64,000 bases of DNA, from positions 32,001 to 96,000 of the forward strand of contig CALSNU010000004.1 in NCBI GenBank assembly GCA_943787795.1, read 5' to 3'. The position numbers were made by a program, and so were the translations under genes. Below, one piece after another: positions 61,948 to 64,000 of the stretch; the stretch's first letter is position 1; every line of letters begins with the position of its first letter. Source of the stretch: an uncultured bacterium (GTDB taxonomy: Bacteria; Planctomycetota; UBA1135; GCA-002686595). Under the pieces are notes generated by a model that saw only the letters and a program-made list of their open reading frames with translations, was not told the origin of the DNA and did not search any database.

Positions 61948-63467
61948 GGCTGCACCTCCGAGGCGGCGGCGACGCCGGCTCGACCCACGTGACCCGTGAG
62001 CTCCCCGCGCGTTCGCGCCTGCCAGCCTGAACGCCCCGCGGCGCTCGGCGCCAGCGCCTTCCGTCGCGCCTGGTGGTGTCGATAGATGGCCGCCGCCACC
62101 GCGGCGAGCCCCTCGTACTCCTTGGGAGATTCGATGGTCAGGCCCTCCAGGAAGTGCGTGTCGTAATCGCCCGAGATGAAGCGCTCGTGCATCAGCACCT
62201 GGAGCGCTGCCGGCAAGCTGGTGTGCACGCCGCCCACGTTCATCTCCCGAATGGCGCGGATCATCCGAGCGATCGCCTCCTCCCGGTCGGCACCCCAGAC
62301 GATGAGCTTGCCGAGCATCGGGTCGTACTCGAGCCCCACCTCGAGGCCGCGATACATGGCGGTGTCCAGCCGGACCCACGGCCCGCCGGGCGCGCGGAGG
62401 TTGTGGAGGACGCCCGTGGAGGGAAGGAAGCCGTTGAAGGGGTCCTCGGCGTTGATCCGCACCTCGATCGAGTGCCCGCGGATGGAGAGGTCCTCCTGGC
62501 CATAGCCCAGGGGCTGACCGTCCGCGACGCGCAGCTGCTCCCGGACGAGATCCACGCCCGTGATCATCTCGGTCACGGGGTGCTCCACCTGGAGGCGGGT
62601 GTTCATCTCGAGGAAGAAGAACTCCCCGCCAGACCAGAGAAACTCGACCGTGCCGGCACCGCAGTAGTTCACGGCGTGTCCGGCCTGGAGCGCGACCTCG
62701 CCCATAGCCCGCCGCGACTCTTCATCGAGGATGCTCGAGGGAGCCTCCTCGACGAGCTTCTGGTGCCGGCGCTGGACCGAGCACTCGCGCTCGAAGAAGT
62801 GCACCCCGTTGCCGTGCCCGTCGAACATCACCTGGACCTCCACGTGGCGCGGGGAATCGAGGTAGCGCTCGAGGTAGACACGGCCGTCGCCGAAGGAGGC
62901 GACCGCCTCGCCCGAGGCCGTGCGGAAGGCAGAGGCCATCTCGCTCGGCTCGCGCACGATCCGGATGCCCTTGCCGCCGCCGCCCGCGGCCGCCTTGATC
63001 GCGATGGGATAGCCAATGGCCTCCGCTTCGCGGGTCGCCGCCTCCACGTCGTCCACGGGGTCCACGAGCCCCGGGACACAGGGGACGCCCGCCTTCTTCA
63101 TCTCCCGCCGAGAGATGATCTTGTCCCCCATGGTCGTGATCGCATTGGCGGGCGGCCCGATCCAGGCGAGGCCGGCCTCGGCCACCCGGCGCGCGAACTC
63201 CGCGTTCTCGCTCAGGAACCCGTAGCCCGGATGGATCGCCTCGGCGCCGGTCTCTCGAGCCGCCGCCAGGATCTTGTCCATATCGAGGTAGCTCTCGGAG
63301 GGCAGCTTGCCCCCAAGCGGGACGGCCACGTCTGCCATGCGCGTGTGCAGGGCTCGCGCGTCCGCTTCGGAGTACACGGCGATGGACTCAATGCCCATCT
63401 CACGAGCGGACCGGATCACGCGCAGCGCGATCTCTCCACGATTAGCAATGAGGATACGTTTGAACAT
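61944..63467 (-). CDS. accC: Biotin carboxylase subunit of acetyl/propionyl-CoA carboxylase
   Basis: MFKRILIANRGEIA, IHPGYGFLSEN, GGGGKG, RECSVQRRHQK, EMNTRLQVEH, RINAEDP. Confidence 0.95.
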   Translation of the reverse strand: MFKRILIANRGEIALRVIRSAREMGIESIAVYSEADARALHTRMADVAVPLGGKLPSESYLDMDKILAAARETGAEAIHPGYGFLSENAEFARRVAEAGLAWIGPPANAITTMGDKIISRREMKKAGVPCVPGLVDPVDDVEAATREAEAIGYPIAIKAAAGGGGKGIRIVREPSEMASAFRTASGEAVASFGDGRVYLERYLDSPRHVEVQVMFDGHGNGVHFFERECSVQRRHQKLVEEAPSSILDEESRRAMGEVALQAGHAVNYCGAGTVEFLWSGGEFFFLEMNTRLQVEHPVTEMITGVDLVREQLRVADGQPLGYGQEDLSIRGHSIEVRINAEDPFNGFLPSTGVLHNLRAPGGPWVRLDTAMYRGLEVGLEYDPMLGKLIVWGADREEAIARMIRAIREMNVGGVHTSLPAALQVLMHERFISGDYDTHFLEGLTIESPKEYEGLAAVAAAIYRHHQARRKALAPSAAGRSGWQARTRGELTGHVGRAGVAAASEVQP

Positions 63468-63599
63468 GCGTTCGGGGTCGTGGGCCAGGGGGGCCGCAGC
63501 GAGTGGCCGAAGATTGTCCGCAACGGCCACCGCTCACGCCATAGTCAAGGCGCTGCAATCCGCCGCATCGGTTCGAAGGCGTGGGCCGAATAGAACCTG

Positions 63600-64000
63600 A
63601 TGGGACGACACTTCACAACACGGCAGCCAGGCGCTCGCGGACTCGCCGCTGCCCTGTGGCTCTGCGCGCTCGCGATGGCGAGCTGCACCTCGACCCGCCC
63701 CGTGGAAGAGGTCCTCGTGACACCGAACCTCGCCGGGCCAGGAGCTGAGGTCAGCGGGCCGGCGGTTGCAGTCACCGGGCCGGAGGCTGAGATCACCCAT
63801 CCTGTAACCGGGTCCAGTGGGCAAGCGAGCTCGGCCGCGGCCGCCCCCCGGACCGGGGAAGACTCTGCCGAGACTCGAGAGTCGGCGGCGTCACCTGGGG
63901 ACGCCTCGGCCACGGGCCCCCCCGACCTTGACTCACGCCCCACCAGCGCGCCCAGCGCCTCGCTGTCAGGGGAGCTCACTCCCGCCGACCAAGCGGCCCT
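63600..64000 (+). CDS. Putative lipoprotein (partial, runs off window end)
   Basis: Manual translation MGRHFTTRQPGARGLAAALWLCALAMAS-C (lipobox-like) followed by a low-complexity region; no stop before 64000. Confidence 0.55.
   Translation, partial: MGRHFTTRQPGARGLAAALWLCALAMASCTSTRPVEEVLVTPNLAGPGAEVSGPAVAVTGPEAEITHPVTGSSGQASSAAAAPRTGEDSAETRESAASPGDASATGPPDLDSRPTSAPSASLSGELTPADQAA

Overview
Very GC-rich bacterial core-genome region with no mobile element, prophage or CRISPR array. It is probably from a Planctomycetota/PVC-like organism, inferred from loss of L30, the RpsL RVRDLPG motif, the divergent str-locus EF-G and the Tsr3-like gene. Almost everything lies on the minus strand. In window order: rne (partial); type IV pilus pilQ-pilO(P)-pilN-pilM; ptsH-ptsN-hpf-truA-rpoN; recR-ybaB-dnaX, SRP RNA, two tRNA-Ser, tadA and tRNA-Arg(ACG); an acylornithine-type transcarbamylase and dnaE (plus strand); adk; the alpha/spc/S10/str/rpoBC/nusG/tuf ribosomal supercluster with four tRNAs; aroC; a receiver protein; a divergent pair of membrane alkaline-phosphatase-superfamily genes; biotin carboxylase and carrier; and a partial lipoprotein. 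The main oddities are: (1) the str operon carries a Tsr3/DUF367-like aminocarboxypropyltransferase and a degenerate EF-G (G4 NKCE, eroded domain IV loops) where canonical fusA-tuf would be; (2) an 18-bp near-symmetric spacer looks like a bidirectional leaderless promoter; (3) an apparent PilO-PilP fusion; (4) a transcarbamylase with unusual active-site motifs; (5) rpsN, rpmD, map and tRNA-Trp are missing from their usual slots; (6) IF-1 has a poly-Arg tail. All assignments come from visual motif recognition and no database searches were run. Several start codons were re-chosen relative to the ORF track.
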